NCBI GenBank assembly: GCA_025594325.1
Contig: JANHCV010000006.1
Location: 992,001-1,056,000 of the forward strand
Length of the DNA: 64,000 bases
Source of the DNA: Blastocladiella emersonii ATCC 22665
Taxonomy: Eukaryota > Fungi > Blastocladiomycota
Direction: 5' to 3'
In this document: in pieces, positions 23,307-35,300 of the stretch
Position numbering within the stretch: the first letter of the stretch is position 1
How the letters are laid out: every line of letters begins with the position of its first letter
The notes under the pieces: model-generated
The model's input: only the letters and a program-made list of their open reading frames with translations
What the model was told of the DNA's origin: nothing
The model's database searches: none
Made by a program: the position numbers and the translations under genes

Positions 23307-24731
23307 CCCCCAAGTGGGGAAGAGTTCACCTCCAACGAGTAGAATCTATCCACGTATTTTTTTTGTGTCACGGCTGATCTGGCTCCTGAGAAGCGGTGCA
23401 GCGCACAGTCGATCCGCCAGGCACAGAGTTGGAAGGCGTCGTCGGTGGCGGGAGGGGAGAGCCCAAGGCGGGAGCAGAGACGCGTTTGTCCTGCCGCGTG
23501 AACGCGAACGCGGCGCAAACGTGAACGTGGAGGTGAAACGCGGACGCGTCGGGGCCAGCTGGCGTGCATTTCTCGTCTGTGCTCGCCCTCCCTTCCACCT
23601 TGATCTTTCGCTCAAGCGGGCCCGTCGCTGTCTCAAACTGGCTGCATTCCGTCCAGCTGGACGCGTGGGCGGTGCGGCCAGCGGTCATCCGCTGGCGGCC
23701 GTCGCGCGGCTCATCAACGCGCGCCGCTTGCGCGCCCGCCCGCCCCCCTGACGCGCTGCGCGCGGCTCGCTTCACCTTCCAACTAAGGTCCGCGTGTCCC
23801 GAGTGACGCGGCAGGGCATCATCCGCTGTGCTCGGGCCGCGTTGCAATGACGGGGGTCCGCGGTCGGGCGGTGCGACTCCGCGTCAAAGTCGACTCGGGC
23901 GACACCCGCTCGATCACGCCGCACGCCTGCCCGCTCACGCAAGGCCCTGGGCGCGAGTTCGGGCAAGGTTTGAGTTGTGTCCGCCGAGCAGCCTTCCCCA
24001 CCTCACACCGTGGACCGCCGCCGTGGATCTGCTTGCGTTCAATCGGGACTCACGACCGCAATCGCGCTTGCACTCCTGCTCCACGGCCGCCGCCGTCGCC
24101 CCCCCCCCCTCTCCCCCGACGCAGCGAACACTCGGTCTAGCTCGCCGCGCGCGATTTGCGTCACTCCCCTCCCCCTCCGCCGCGCCGTTCACGCCGCTGA
24201 CGCGCCACGCGGCTCGCGTCGGGTCTCGCATCGCATCGCCCGCGATCGACTCTGCGACGGCGGTTTCACCTCGGCATCAGCCCTCCGCCCCGCCGTGCCG
24301 AACGGTCGGGACTGCTCGGACGGACGCCATCGCCGCGCTCGCCCCGCCCGCACCCGCGCCCGCGTCGCGTCCACGCTCTCCCGGATCCCCGCCCACTTCC
24401 CTGCTGCCCCCGTGCGCCCGCTCTCCGCCGCTCCGAGCACTTGGCTGTACGCATACACTGACACGAGCTGAGCCGCCGCGCGAACGAGGAGACTGCTCGC
24501 ATGCACCACCCCCATCGCGGCCCCCACCACCACTTCGCCTCCGCCGCCCGCTGTCCGCCGCCGCACTGCGCGCGACCGAAACGAACCGAACCGAACCGCA
24601 CACACGTACTGACCCTCCCGCGCGCCGTCGCATCCGACCCTTTCTCTCCCTTTCCCCCGCTTCGCCACCCGGCATCCCACCCTCTAGCGCGCGTGCCCCG
24701 CCCGCTCGCCACGGGCCTGCGATCGCGCACC

Positions 24732-27537
24732 ATGAATCGACCACCACCGCCGCCTCCTCCACCACTGCCGCCGCAGCGCGACGGCGACGACGCGAGCAGC
24801 AGCAGCACCACCACTGCCGCCGGCCGGAAACGGCCGCGATCGCCGCGCTCGACACCACCGCCACCGTCTGCGCCTCAACCGGCGCCCGGACGGGCACCTC
24901 CTGCGCGACACGGGCACGGCGAGGAACGCGATCTTCCACGGCCGCCCGCTTCCGCTTCCGCCGATCCTCGGATTGACACCGACCCCCGTGGCCGCGCCGA
25001 ACGTGAGCTTCCACCACTTCCGCCCCGCCACACCTGCGCCCTTCCGCAGCCGCTGCCGCCCGCCACGCTGGCCGTGCCGCGACACGTCGTTGCTGCCGGT
25101 GGTGGTGGTGGCCGCGACGATCATGCGTCGCCGTCCCCGTCAACGAGTACATCTGCTGCTGCTCACCCGCACTCGCGCTCTCGCCAGTACCACGATCCAC
25201 CCGTCTCGCGCGCAGACTCGAGCGCGATGGGTGCAGACGCTGACGAGGGTGGCGAGTCGGGTGCCGTCCACGTCCGCGCGCGCGCGCCGGGCGCCGACCC
25301 CGACCCCGACCCCGACCGCGGCCAACTGATGATCGCGCCGCCGACAACAACCGACGCCCACCTGAGCCAACCCCCGGCCCGCTCCCACCCGCACCCTCCG
25401 CCTTATCCGCCGCCGCCGGCCACTCGATCGCCGCACGCCGCCCAACATCATGCACCGCCGTCGTGGCCACCGAATCACGACGACGCGTACCGCTACCCGC
25501 AGCAGCAGCACGACGCATCGTATCCCGACGGCGACCGTGATCGTGATCGCGACGATGCCTGCCGGTACTCGCCGCGCTCGCACCACTACCCGCCGCCCGC
25601 CGCGACGGCCATGGCGTACCACCACCACCACGGCGATCCGCGGCCGCGGCATCCCGATCCGCGCGCTGCCGCCGCCGGCTACGACGCGTCGTACTACGAC
25701 CCCGGGTACCCGCCGCCGACCGCGCGTCACCACGCCGGCTCGCGGCCCATGGACCCCGAATACGGCGACTATTACGCGCCCGACGAGCACGGGCCACCGC
25801 CGCCACCAGGCGCGTGGGGTTCGGGACCGCCGCCGCCGCGTGCGGGCGGGTACGAGCCGCGGTGGGACGGATACGGCCACGGCGGCCACGGCGGCCAGGG
25901 CTACGGCCATCCCGACTACCGCTACGCGCCGCCGCGGCCATACGCACACCCCCACCCCCACGCGCCGTACCCGTATCCGCACCGGCATCACCATCGTTCG
26001 GATCCGTGGCACGACGAGTACGACGGCTATGAGTACGGCTACGAGTACGACGGCCGGCCGCGGCCTCCACCGCCGCCGCCGCCGCCGCGGTCCTACGACC
26101 CGTACGCGTATCATCACCCGCATCACGCGTACCCGCCTCCGCCTCCACCTCAGCAGCCGATGCATCGAGGGCCGCCGCGTGCAGGACCGCCGCCGCCCAT
26201 GAACGGCAGCGTGGCCGGGAGCGACGGGTCCGCGCCGCAGCACCAGCACCAGCACGCGTACAACTACGACTACGCGTCGGGTCCGCCTCCGCCGCAGCTC
26301 GACCGCGAGTACGACGCGTATCCGCCGCCGCCGGTACCCGGTCAATACCCCGACACCGAGTACGGCGGCTACCCAGCACGACGACCGCCACCGCCGTCTG
26401 CGCACGCGCCGTACCACTACCCCGACCCGCACTACGACGCGTACGAGCACCCGCCCGCGCCAGTTCCACCACCTCCCCCGCCTCCGCCGCCGCCGGCGTT
26501 GGGCAACGCAGGCCCTCCGCGGTCGCGCAGCGCGAGCTCGGCGGTCCAGTCCCCGCTCGCGGCCCGGCTGCGGCCGCGGAACCCGCCGCCGCAAGCAAGC
26601 GATCGGCCGTCCGTTTCGGCTTCCTCGACGACGCCCGCTGTCGCGAACGGTGGCGATGCGACCGCGAGCACGACGACGACGACGGCGGGCGCGGGCGGAA
26701 CGCGCCGGCGCATCTATTTTGTCTTCAACCGCACGACGTACGGGCTCATGGTCATGTTCCTGCGGCCCGAGTCCGCGCCGCCCGCACCCGTGTCGGGTGC
26801 CGGCGGCTCGACGGGCGAGCTCGATCGTACGTTTCTTCGCCGTCCCCGCATCGACCCATCAACTCACTCTTCGCGCGCGATCTAGCTACCTCCCTCGCGG
26901 CCTTCCGCGCGCACCTCGCCGAGCGCCGCGAGCGCGCGACCGCGCACGTCCAGGCGGGCATCTCGCGGCGGCAGTGGACGCGGCTCGCGCGCCGGCTCGA
27001 GCTCGACCCCGACGCGCCCTCGGGCCGCAACCTCGTGTGGAAGGGTACCCAGCAGGCCGTGGTTCCCGAGGAGGACTGGCCCGCGGTCATCTGCGAGGCG
27101 CACGTCGACAACGAGGACGGCGGGCGGCATCGCGGGGCTAAGGATACCGCGGCGGTGGTACGTTTTCGTGTACGTGCGGTGTGACGACGGCGTGAAGACT
27201 GACCTCGCCGATGTAGCTCCGCCAGCGGTTCCAGACGCGCCGGTCGCGGTGCGGGATCAACCTCGACCTGGTCCCGGACATTGTCGCCGCGTGCGGGTGC
27301 GGCGCGACCAACAGCGCGAGCACCGCGAGCGCCGCGGCGTCGTCGGGCTCGGCTTCCGCTACCGCCACTGCAGCGGCCTCAGCAGCTGCGGCAGACGACG
27401 ATGAGGACGACAAGTCGGATCCCGAGGACGAGGACGACGACGACGACGACGAGGGCGACGCGGGGTCGGCCCGCACCGCAGATCGGCCGGCGACGCGTCA
27501 GGGCGGCGCGGGCAACAAGCGTAGGCGAGTCCGATGA
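24732..27537 (+). CDS. Paralogue B of the H2C2-module protein, ~895 aa, 3 exons (24732-26826, 26886-27157, 27217-27537), with acidic tail and C-terminal NLS-like KRRRVR
   Basis: Two 59-nt GT-AG introns restore the frame. Domain reads YFVFNRTTYGLMV...GISRRQWTRL...RNLVW...VPEEDWPAVICEAH...HRGAKDTAAVLRQRFQTRRSRCGINLDLVPDIVAACGC. Confidence 0.78.
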
Positions 27538-27688
27538 AGTGAGTGGCCCTCATGTAAGGCGAAGAAGTCGAGGAAACAGATGCGATTAGGATTTCATTAA
27601 GTGTGCAAAAGAGGGGGTAGGTTTACGGGAGGGGCAAGGGACGGGAAGGACAGTCAAACACACGAACACGAAACGAGCAGCAACGAAC

Positions 27689-29283
27689 TTAGTTCTCGCG
27701 GCCCATCTTCTTGTCCAACCGGCAAATGGGGTTGTTCTGGATCATCTCGAGGTCGCACTTGTGGCCGAGCAGCTCGCGGATGTTGTCGATGCCGTACTTG
27801 ATCATGGTGGGTCGCTCGAGCGAGAGACCCCACGCGATGACGCGCACGTTCTCGGGGAGGCCGAGCGGACGCAGCATCTCGGGGCGGAACATGCCCGAGT
27901 TGCCGATCTCGACCCACTTGCCGAGCCCGGCGTGGTACGAGAAGATCTCCATGGACGGCTCCGTGTACGGATTGTAGGCGGGCTTGAAGCGCACGTTGGT
28001 GACGCCCATCTTCTGGCAGAAGACGTTGATGAACCCGATCAGGTCGCCGAGCGTCATGCCGACGTCCGCGATCACGCCCTCGACCTGGTGGAACTCGGCC
28101 AGATGCGTCGCGTCGACCGTCTCGTTGCGGAACACGCGGTCGATGGAGAAGAGCTTGGCGGGCTTGAAGCCGCCCGGCTGGTTGGCCAGCTGGTACAGCA
28201 TGTGCGACGACACGGCCGTGGTGTGGGTGCGCAGCAGCAGCTTCTCGGCCTCGGCCTCCTTCCAGTCGTAGCCGTACCCGATCGACCCGAACCCGCCGTG
28301 GCTGTGCACCTGCTTGACCGCCTCCATGGTCGCGCGCGGGTACCGGTCCGAGGTCGCGGGCGACTTGAGGAAGAAGGTGTCGTGCATGTCGCGCGCCGGG
28401 TGCTGCTGCGGCTGGAACAGCGCGTCAAAGTTCCAGAACGACGACTCGACGTAGCGGTTGGCGGGCATCTCCTCGAAACTGTTGTTGTGCGGGCGGGCGA
28501 GTGTGAGTGGGAGACGAGAACCGGTGCGCAGGCAGAGGGTACGGACCCCATCTCGAAGAAGATCTGGCGGAACTCCTCGCGCACCTTCATGAGCGGGTGG
28601 AGGTGGCCGCCGGCGGGCTCCTGGCCGAGGGCGTCAAAGTTGTAGCGCTTGAAGTCGAGGTTCTTCCACGCGCCCGAGGTGATCATGTCGAGGGTGAGGT
28701 CGGTGGCCTGCTTGACGAGGTCGGTGGCGAACTTGGCGGCCTTGTCGACGGCGTAGTAGGTGACCTTGACCTTGTCGCACAGCTTGCGCTTCTTGAGCTC
28801 GGCCAGCGTCTTGGCGTTCTTGTGAGTCGCCGAGTCGCGGATCTCGACCAGGTCGGCCTGCGTCACGTCGTCGACCGACTCGACGAGGCGCACGAGGCGG
28901 CCCGACGCGCCGGCCTTGCCGATCCACTTGTTCTTGAAGGCCTTGCCCTGGCCGATCTTGGCCACGTCGGCGCCGACGGCGGCCGTCAGGTCGGCGATCG
29001 AGATGCCCTCGTCGCCCGCGGGGACCGCCGCGAACACCTTGGCCTCGTGCGACCCGTGGGCGGCAATCTCGTCGCCCTCGGCCGTCAGCACCCAGCGCTC
29101 CTCCTCGAGCGGCGTGAAGGTGATCATCTCGCGGCGCTCCAGCGATGACAGCGCGCCGTGCAGCACCTGGCCGTCGACGAGCTGGTCCTCGTACTTGAGC
29201 CCCGCCGTCGTCGCGATCCGGCCGTCCTGGTCCAGCGTCGCCAGGATGTGCAGCGCGAGTTCCTCCGAGGTCGGCGCGGTCAT
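27689..29283 (-). CDS. FARSA: Cytosolic phenylalanyl-tRNA synthetase alpha subunit, ~508 aa, 2 exons
   Basis: [22 protein letters not shown]|[67 protein letters not shown]. Intron 28479-28546. Confidence 0.97.
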
Positions 29284-29587
29284 TGCGTCGGGTGTCTGTG
29301 TTGATGCGTAGCAGGTACGTGGGAGGGTCTGCTCGCGGTCGAGGAACGGGGCGAGGCGGCGTTTAACGACGACGGCGAGGCGGTCGCCAAAAACGAGAGG
29401 GCGAGCCGTCGATCGCTCAGCATGATCCCACGTGCGCCGCAGTCACCGGCTGAAGAGCGCGTGTCGCGGGCGCGGGATCGATTCCCGCTGCTGCAGCGGC
29501 TGGCGCGTCGCATTTCGCATTTCTTCCGAACTTGCCGAGCCGCTCGCTTCTGCTCTCCCCCAACCGATAAATGAAACTGCTTCCGCG

Positions 29588-30731
29588 ATGAATTCAGCCC
29601 GCCCCGCGGTTCACAAGCTCGCCGCGCTCGCCGGCCAGTCGCACCACGGCGGCCACGTGTTCGTGGATGTGCTTGGGAAGCCGACCGAGACGCTCGTGTG
29701 GAAGGCCGCGGGCTCCGCCTTCACGGCGCGCGAGGTGCTCGTCATGGTGCCCGGGAACCCCGGCGTCGTCGAGTTTTACCGCGAGTTTCTGGACCACGGT
29801 ACGCTGTCGTCGCCAGCGTGCTCCGCGGCGATGGCCAAGTGCTGACCCACCGTCGCGCGACCAGTCCACGCCGACCACGCATCCGCCCACGGCGGCGGGC
29901 TCGACATCTACGCGGTGCAGCACCTCGGCCACTCGGCGCACGCGCACCTGACCTCGCGCGCGTGGTCGCTGAGCGACCAGGTCGCGCACAAGATGCACTT
30001 CATCGACTCGATCGTGCGGGCGTACCCGGCGGGCACCCGCGTGCACCTCGCAGGCCACAGCGTCGGCGCGTACATTGTGCTGCAGGTGCTCAAGATCCGC
30101 GGCGACCGGCTGCGCGCGACCGCGTCGCTCGGCCGCGTCCTCATGCTGTTCCCGACCGTCATGGAGATCGCCGACACGCCCAACGGCGCGTGGATGCAGT
30201 ACGCGGTCCAGTGGGCCCCGCGCACCGCCGTCGCGTACCTCGCCAGCGCGCTGCAGTGGCTCCCCGCGCCCGTCCTGCACCGCGTCATTGCGGCGTGCTC
30301 GGACGTCCCCGGCGAGTTCCTGCGGACCACGGCCGACGCGCTGATCCACCCGACCGTCGTCGATAACACGCTGCGCATGGCGGACCAGGAGATGCACGCG
30401 ATCCGCGACCTCGACGTCGCGACCGTCGACAAGTTCGTTGACCACACGCACTGGGTGTTTGGGAGCGACGACAAGTGGGCGCCGCGACGCATGCACGACG
30501 CGATCCGCGACTGGTGGCCGCAGGGTACGCGTTTTGAATGGATGATCAGGCGAGGAGAAGTGCTAACAACTCGTAACTGTAGCGGACGTGACCATGACGG
30601 ACCACGCACACGCGTTCGTGCTGCGCGAGAGCCGAGCCGTGGCCGACTACGTGCAGCAGTGGTTGTCGTCGACAAGCGCCAAGGCCGTGCCTGAGGCGAG
30701 CCGGGCCGACTCGGCGCTGGGCACCGTGTGA
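29588..30731 (+). CDS. Lipid-droplet-associated hydrolase (LDAH/DUF2305-like serine hydrolase), 3 exons
   Basis: VPGNPGVVEFYREFL, LGH...WSLSDQVAHK, nucleophile GHSVGAY, LFPTV, FGSDDKWAP, HAHAFV. Introns 29799-29864 and 30525-30582. Confidence 0.85.
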
Positions 30732-30823
30732 TTTTGAGGAGGGATAGACGGACGCGTATATAACCATGATCGAGTATATATTCAGCGAGACAATACCGAG
30801 AACGGGGGGAAACATAGGGGGAA

Positions 30824-31642
30824 TCAGTAGGCCTTCTTCTTCTCGTCGACCGAGATGCCGCCGGGGCCGAGGTTGACGAGGAGCAGGAAGCCGCCCATGA
30901 CCGAGAGGGTCTGGAAAAAGTCGTACTTGACGTAGTCGCGCTGCGGGTGGGTGTGGTGCAGCGACCACCAGTTGTTGATGGCCACGTTGAAGAAGCTGAG
31001 GAACAGGACGAGGAACAGGGCCGACCACTTTGCCTTGAAGCCGACGGCGACCATGAGGCAGGCAATGGCGCCGACAATGGAGAAGGCGGCGCGCAGCAGC
31101 GAGAACTCGCCGGCGAACATGAGCGAGATGAAGAGCAGGACCAGCAGCACGCGGCCGCCGAGCTGCATGTAGTGCGACTTGTCCGTCTCGGACAGGTCGG
31201 GCAGGCCCGGGAAGAAGGAGCGGCGCGACTTGGCGTAGGCCTCGGCGAGCAGCATGAGCAGGCCGCCGCAGACCGACAGGTTGCGGACGAAGAACGAGAA
31301 GTCGAAGAGCAGGCCGTAGCCAATGGACTGCGACACGATGACGCCGAACAGGCCGGCGACGGCGAGGTTGGTGCGCTTGCGGGCAATGGCCATGGTCGAG
31401 CACACGAGCATGACGAGCACGTTGACGGCGAGGAACGTGTGCGAGACGCCCCACGGCATGCCGCGGTGCTTCTCGAGGTACCACAGCTGGTCCGACCACT
31501 GCGACACGATGCGCAGCGAGTCCTCGAGGAAGGTCACGACCAGCAGGAACCGCGCGAACACGGGCAGGTACGGCTTGAGCGGCGTGCCGATGCGGTCGAG
31601 CGTGTCCTCGACCTGGTGCGTGAACGAGTTGAGCGACGACAT
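30824..31642 (-). CDS. SURF4: SURF4/Erv29 ER cargo receptor
   Basis: LPVFARFLLVVTFLEDSLR, FFVRNLSVCGGLL, KYDFFQTLSVMGGFLLLVNLGPGGISVDEKKKAY (di-lysine ER-retrieval tail). Multiple transmembrane segments. Confidence 0.96.
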   Translation of the reverse strand: MSSLNSFTHQVEDTLDRIGTPLKPYLPVFARFLLVVTFLEDSLRIVSQWSDQLWYLEKHRGMPWGVSHTFLAVNVLVMLVCSTMAIARKRTNLAVAGLFGVIVSQSIGYGLLFDFSFFVRNLSVCGGLLMLLAEAYAKSRRSFFPGLPDLSETDKSHYMQLGGRVLLVLLFISLMFAGEFSLLRAAFSIVGAIACLMVAVGFKAKWSALFLVLFLSFFNVAINNWWSLHHTHPQRDYVKYDFFQTLSVMGGFLLLVNLGPGGISVDEKKKAY

Positions 31643-32357
31643 CTTGGCTGGCGTCTTGGGGTAGTCTCCGTCGGTTACGTGTGCGTGCGTGTGCGCGTGA
31701 TCCGTAGCAGTAACGAGGGGGGAGGAGGGGAGGGTGCGAGTCGCCAGCGACGGGTGCGATCAGGGGTACCACGGCGGGGCGGGGAGAGAGAGCGCGAGCG
31801 GGTCGGGTCGCCGTGTCTGAGGGCAGGGCGTCGGAGAGCGCCGGCCGGTCCTGCAACGGGCGCTCGCCGGAGCGGGCGGCAGCAGGGCGGCGGCGGCGCG
31901 CGCGCGCTCGTGCATTGAGCGGCCTTGAGTGCATCACATGTGCGACGCGTGGGGCGAAAGTGGCGCCTCCTCATTGGCTGGCCCTCCCATGCGCGCTATC
32001 CGGATGGCTCATCGCGAGATCGAGTCCTATTCGACACGCGCACACGTGCCCCGGCCAAATCGTACTTTCCGCCCGTCAGCGTTTCGTCTCGCCTGAAGCC
32101 GACCAGAACGCCTCGCTTGCAGCCTCGCTTGCTCACGGTGCGCTCCTTTGGACTCTAACGAGGCACACTACGCCGCGCGCTCCCGCCAACGCGACTTGCC
32201 GCATTCCCATCGCGCCGCCGTCGTCGCCATCGCACGCGCCCGCCCTCGCTTGGAGCCAGCTGCCCGCCGACCCGCTCGCTCGTACTTGAACCACCACCCG
32301 CCCACCCCACCCCGCCCCCGCCCTCCCCTCCCCCTCTCCGCCTCGACGCGCCGCGAA

Positions 32358-35300
32358 ATGTCCGTCTCCGAACGCAAGGAGATCCACCTCAAGAACTGGC
32401 GAATCCGCAAGGTCCCTGCCGACAAGCGAGTGCGTGCCCTGTCGCGCTCGCGACTCTCCCTCTCCGCTCCCCGCTGACACCCTCCCTCTCTCCCGACGTC
32501 CAGTTTATCAAGCACAACCGATATTGGTGTGTCGTCGAGGGCTACCTCGACTCCGGAAAGATCTGGCACTCGTCGGTCGTGGCCCGCCGCATCGCGCCCG
32601 ACGCCGTCGCGACCTTCACGGGCAGCGTCTACCGCCTGCACGGCGACCTCAACGTCGACTGGATCGACCGCGCCATCTTCGGCCCCGTCGCCGACCGCTT
32701 CGCCCACGGCTTCCCCGCCGACTGGGCCGCCCTCCTCGAGACCCTCTGGGCCGACTCGCGCGTCGACCCCGACGGCACCACGCCCACCTCGTCGCCCTCA
32801 CCCACCCCCTCTGCCCCCGCGTCGCAGCTCGCCACGCCCGCCGCCGTCGTCGTCATGCCCGCCGCCGCCAAGGCGGGGACGCGTGCTGACACTGTCGCCG
32901 CGCTCGCGCTCGCGCCGGCCCCCGCTGATGCGCCCAAGACCGCCGCGCACCCCGTCGGCTCGCTCCTGTCGCCCACGACGCTCCTCGTCCCGCGCAAGCC
33001 CGTGCCCGCGCCCGTGACCGTGACCGCGCCGGTCGCCGCCGTCCCCGAGACCATGGCCGTCGACGCGCACGACGACGAGGAGGACGAGCTCATGGAGCTG
33101 GACCCGTCGTCCGACGACGAGGACGCCGACGCCGACGCCGACGCCGAAGAGATGGGCGTGGAGGATGCCGCCAAGACCGCGGCTCACGTAGTGCTGGATG
33201 ACGAGGCGGACGAGCTCGCGCCGTGCTCCCCGACCTCCGCGGCCGCCGCCATGGTGGCCGTGGTGGACGCGGGTAAGACCACGACGCCGACGGCTCGTCC
33301 GACTGAGGACTCACCCCACGCCGTGGCCGCGTCGACGGCCCCCGACGATCCCGGCCGACCCGATAATCGCGCCCGAGGTCTCGCCTCTGAGCCGGCCCCC
33401 GCCCGGGCCGGCTCGTCCGCCGCCCTCGTGAGGCCAAGCCCGTCGTGTCGATCGTGGGCCCAGCCGGAGTCGGTCGTCCCTTCCCCCTTCACCCTCTGCC
33501 ACCAGCAGCAGTCGCAGCAGCTGCCGCACCCGCAGCAGCAGCAGCAGCACGCTGGCGCGTCGTCGGTGGTGCCGGTGGTTGGCGCCCAGCTCCAGCAGCA
33601 GCCGCAGCCGCAGCCGCAGCAGCTCCTCGCCCACCACCCCGCTGGCCCGCGACAGTCGAGCCGATGGCAGCCGCCGTGTGCACGGCATGGCACCGACCCC
33701 GACACTACCCTCCCCGACGCGGGCGCCGCTGATGCGCGTGCGTCGCTTCTCCCTCCACCTCTGGTCCTCGCGCCGCTCTCCCCGCCCCGCCAGCCCGGCC
33801 ACGACGGCGACGGCGACGGCCCTGCTGCCGACGGCGTTCCTCCCGTCCGCGCTGCCGCCGCGGGCCCGCCCCGCCCTGTCCCTCCTCCGCACGGCAAACA
33901 CCCGTCGTGGGTTCATCCGGGCTCGCATCCTGCGCGACACCCGCACTCACAACCGCAACGACCGCCGACCGCGACCGCGACCGCGACCGCGACCGCGACC
34001 GCGACATCGACACCGACCGTGGGAGGTGGTGGTGTGGCCGCGGCCCGCTCGCCGCCGGTGTTGCGTCAAACTGCAGCACCGACGACGACGACGAGCACGC
34101 CGGCGCACGCTACCTCCGCCTCGCCGACGACGACCTTGGTCGCGCCGTCGGGTAAGCTCCTCGTCCCGGTGCCGGCACCGCACCGCCGGAGCCCGACCAT
34201 CGTCATCGGTGCCACCCCGCGCGCGGCCGCGAACAACAAGGTCGCGCGCCCCGTCACGGTCTCGGTCGTCGTCGGCAAGGCCATCACGGCCACCCCGCCG
34301 ACCCGCGTCGTCACGTCCACCCCGTCGACGGGCAACTCGGTCCGCAGCGGCGCCTCGTCGTCGGTTGCGCCCACGCCGACACGGATCGTCACCCAGCGCG
34401 TCGTCCGGCCCTCGCCCGCGAGCTCAACGGCTTCGGTCTCGGGCGCCGCGACGAAGCGGTCGCCACTCGCGGCGGTCGCGTTCACCGTGCCCGCGCCCGA
34501 CCCCACTCCGCAGCCCATGCACGTCGAGAAGGCCGCTGAGCTGGCCCCGGCGCCGGCTCCAGCTCGCGTCGCGCCCTCGCCGGCCCGTGCATCTGCACCT
34601 CGCACTGCTCCGACGTCCCCGCCACGTGATACCCCGACGTCCTCGCCGTGCGTGATCGCCGTGTCCGCGCCGCGCACCGGCGCCCCGGTCCAGGTCCGCG
34701 TCGTGGTCCCGGCATCCCGCGCACGCGCGCCGCCCGCTGTCTCGTCGGTCGGCAAGCCGCCCCCGCCCGTCGTGGGCATGGTTCCCGCGCGTGTCGTGGT
34801 GCCCGCGCTGCCGCCGCCGCCGGTCGCGCCCGTGTTCGCGCCGGCGATTGAGCAGGAGTCGGAGGACGACGAGGATGCGATGATGGAGTCGGACGATGAG
34901 GAGGAGGAGGACGACACGATGGTCGCGCACGGCGCCGCGAGCTGTGCGTCCAGCGACGACGAGGAGGTGGTCGAGACCATGGACCTCGACGTGGCCCCCG
35001 CGCCCGCGCCCGCGTCCGCCGAGTCGTCGCCGTCGCGCAAGCGTAAGCGCACTGAGGTCGACGAGACCGTGCGCCCGTCATGCAAGCTCGCCGCCGCCAT
35101 GGACGTGGTCGCGGTCCCACCCGCGCTCGTGTCGGATGAGCCGCTCCCGCCGCCCCCGTCGTCGGCCTCGCCGCTCGGCCGCGCGTCCTCGCTGTCGCCC
35201 GCCACCCGCACTCGCCGCTGGGTCCAGGACGTGGTCGATATCCCCGCCTACGACATGCACGCCGACCGCGCTGCCGATGACGACCAGGCGAGTACCGCGA

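Noticed and set aside
20860-27537. Intact LTR retrotransposon or Ginger transposon at the H2C2-module genes
   Set aside because: No DDE integrase core, RT, RNase H, gag, LTRs or TIRs. Both genes have canonical host introns and long host-like disordered regions.
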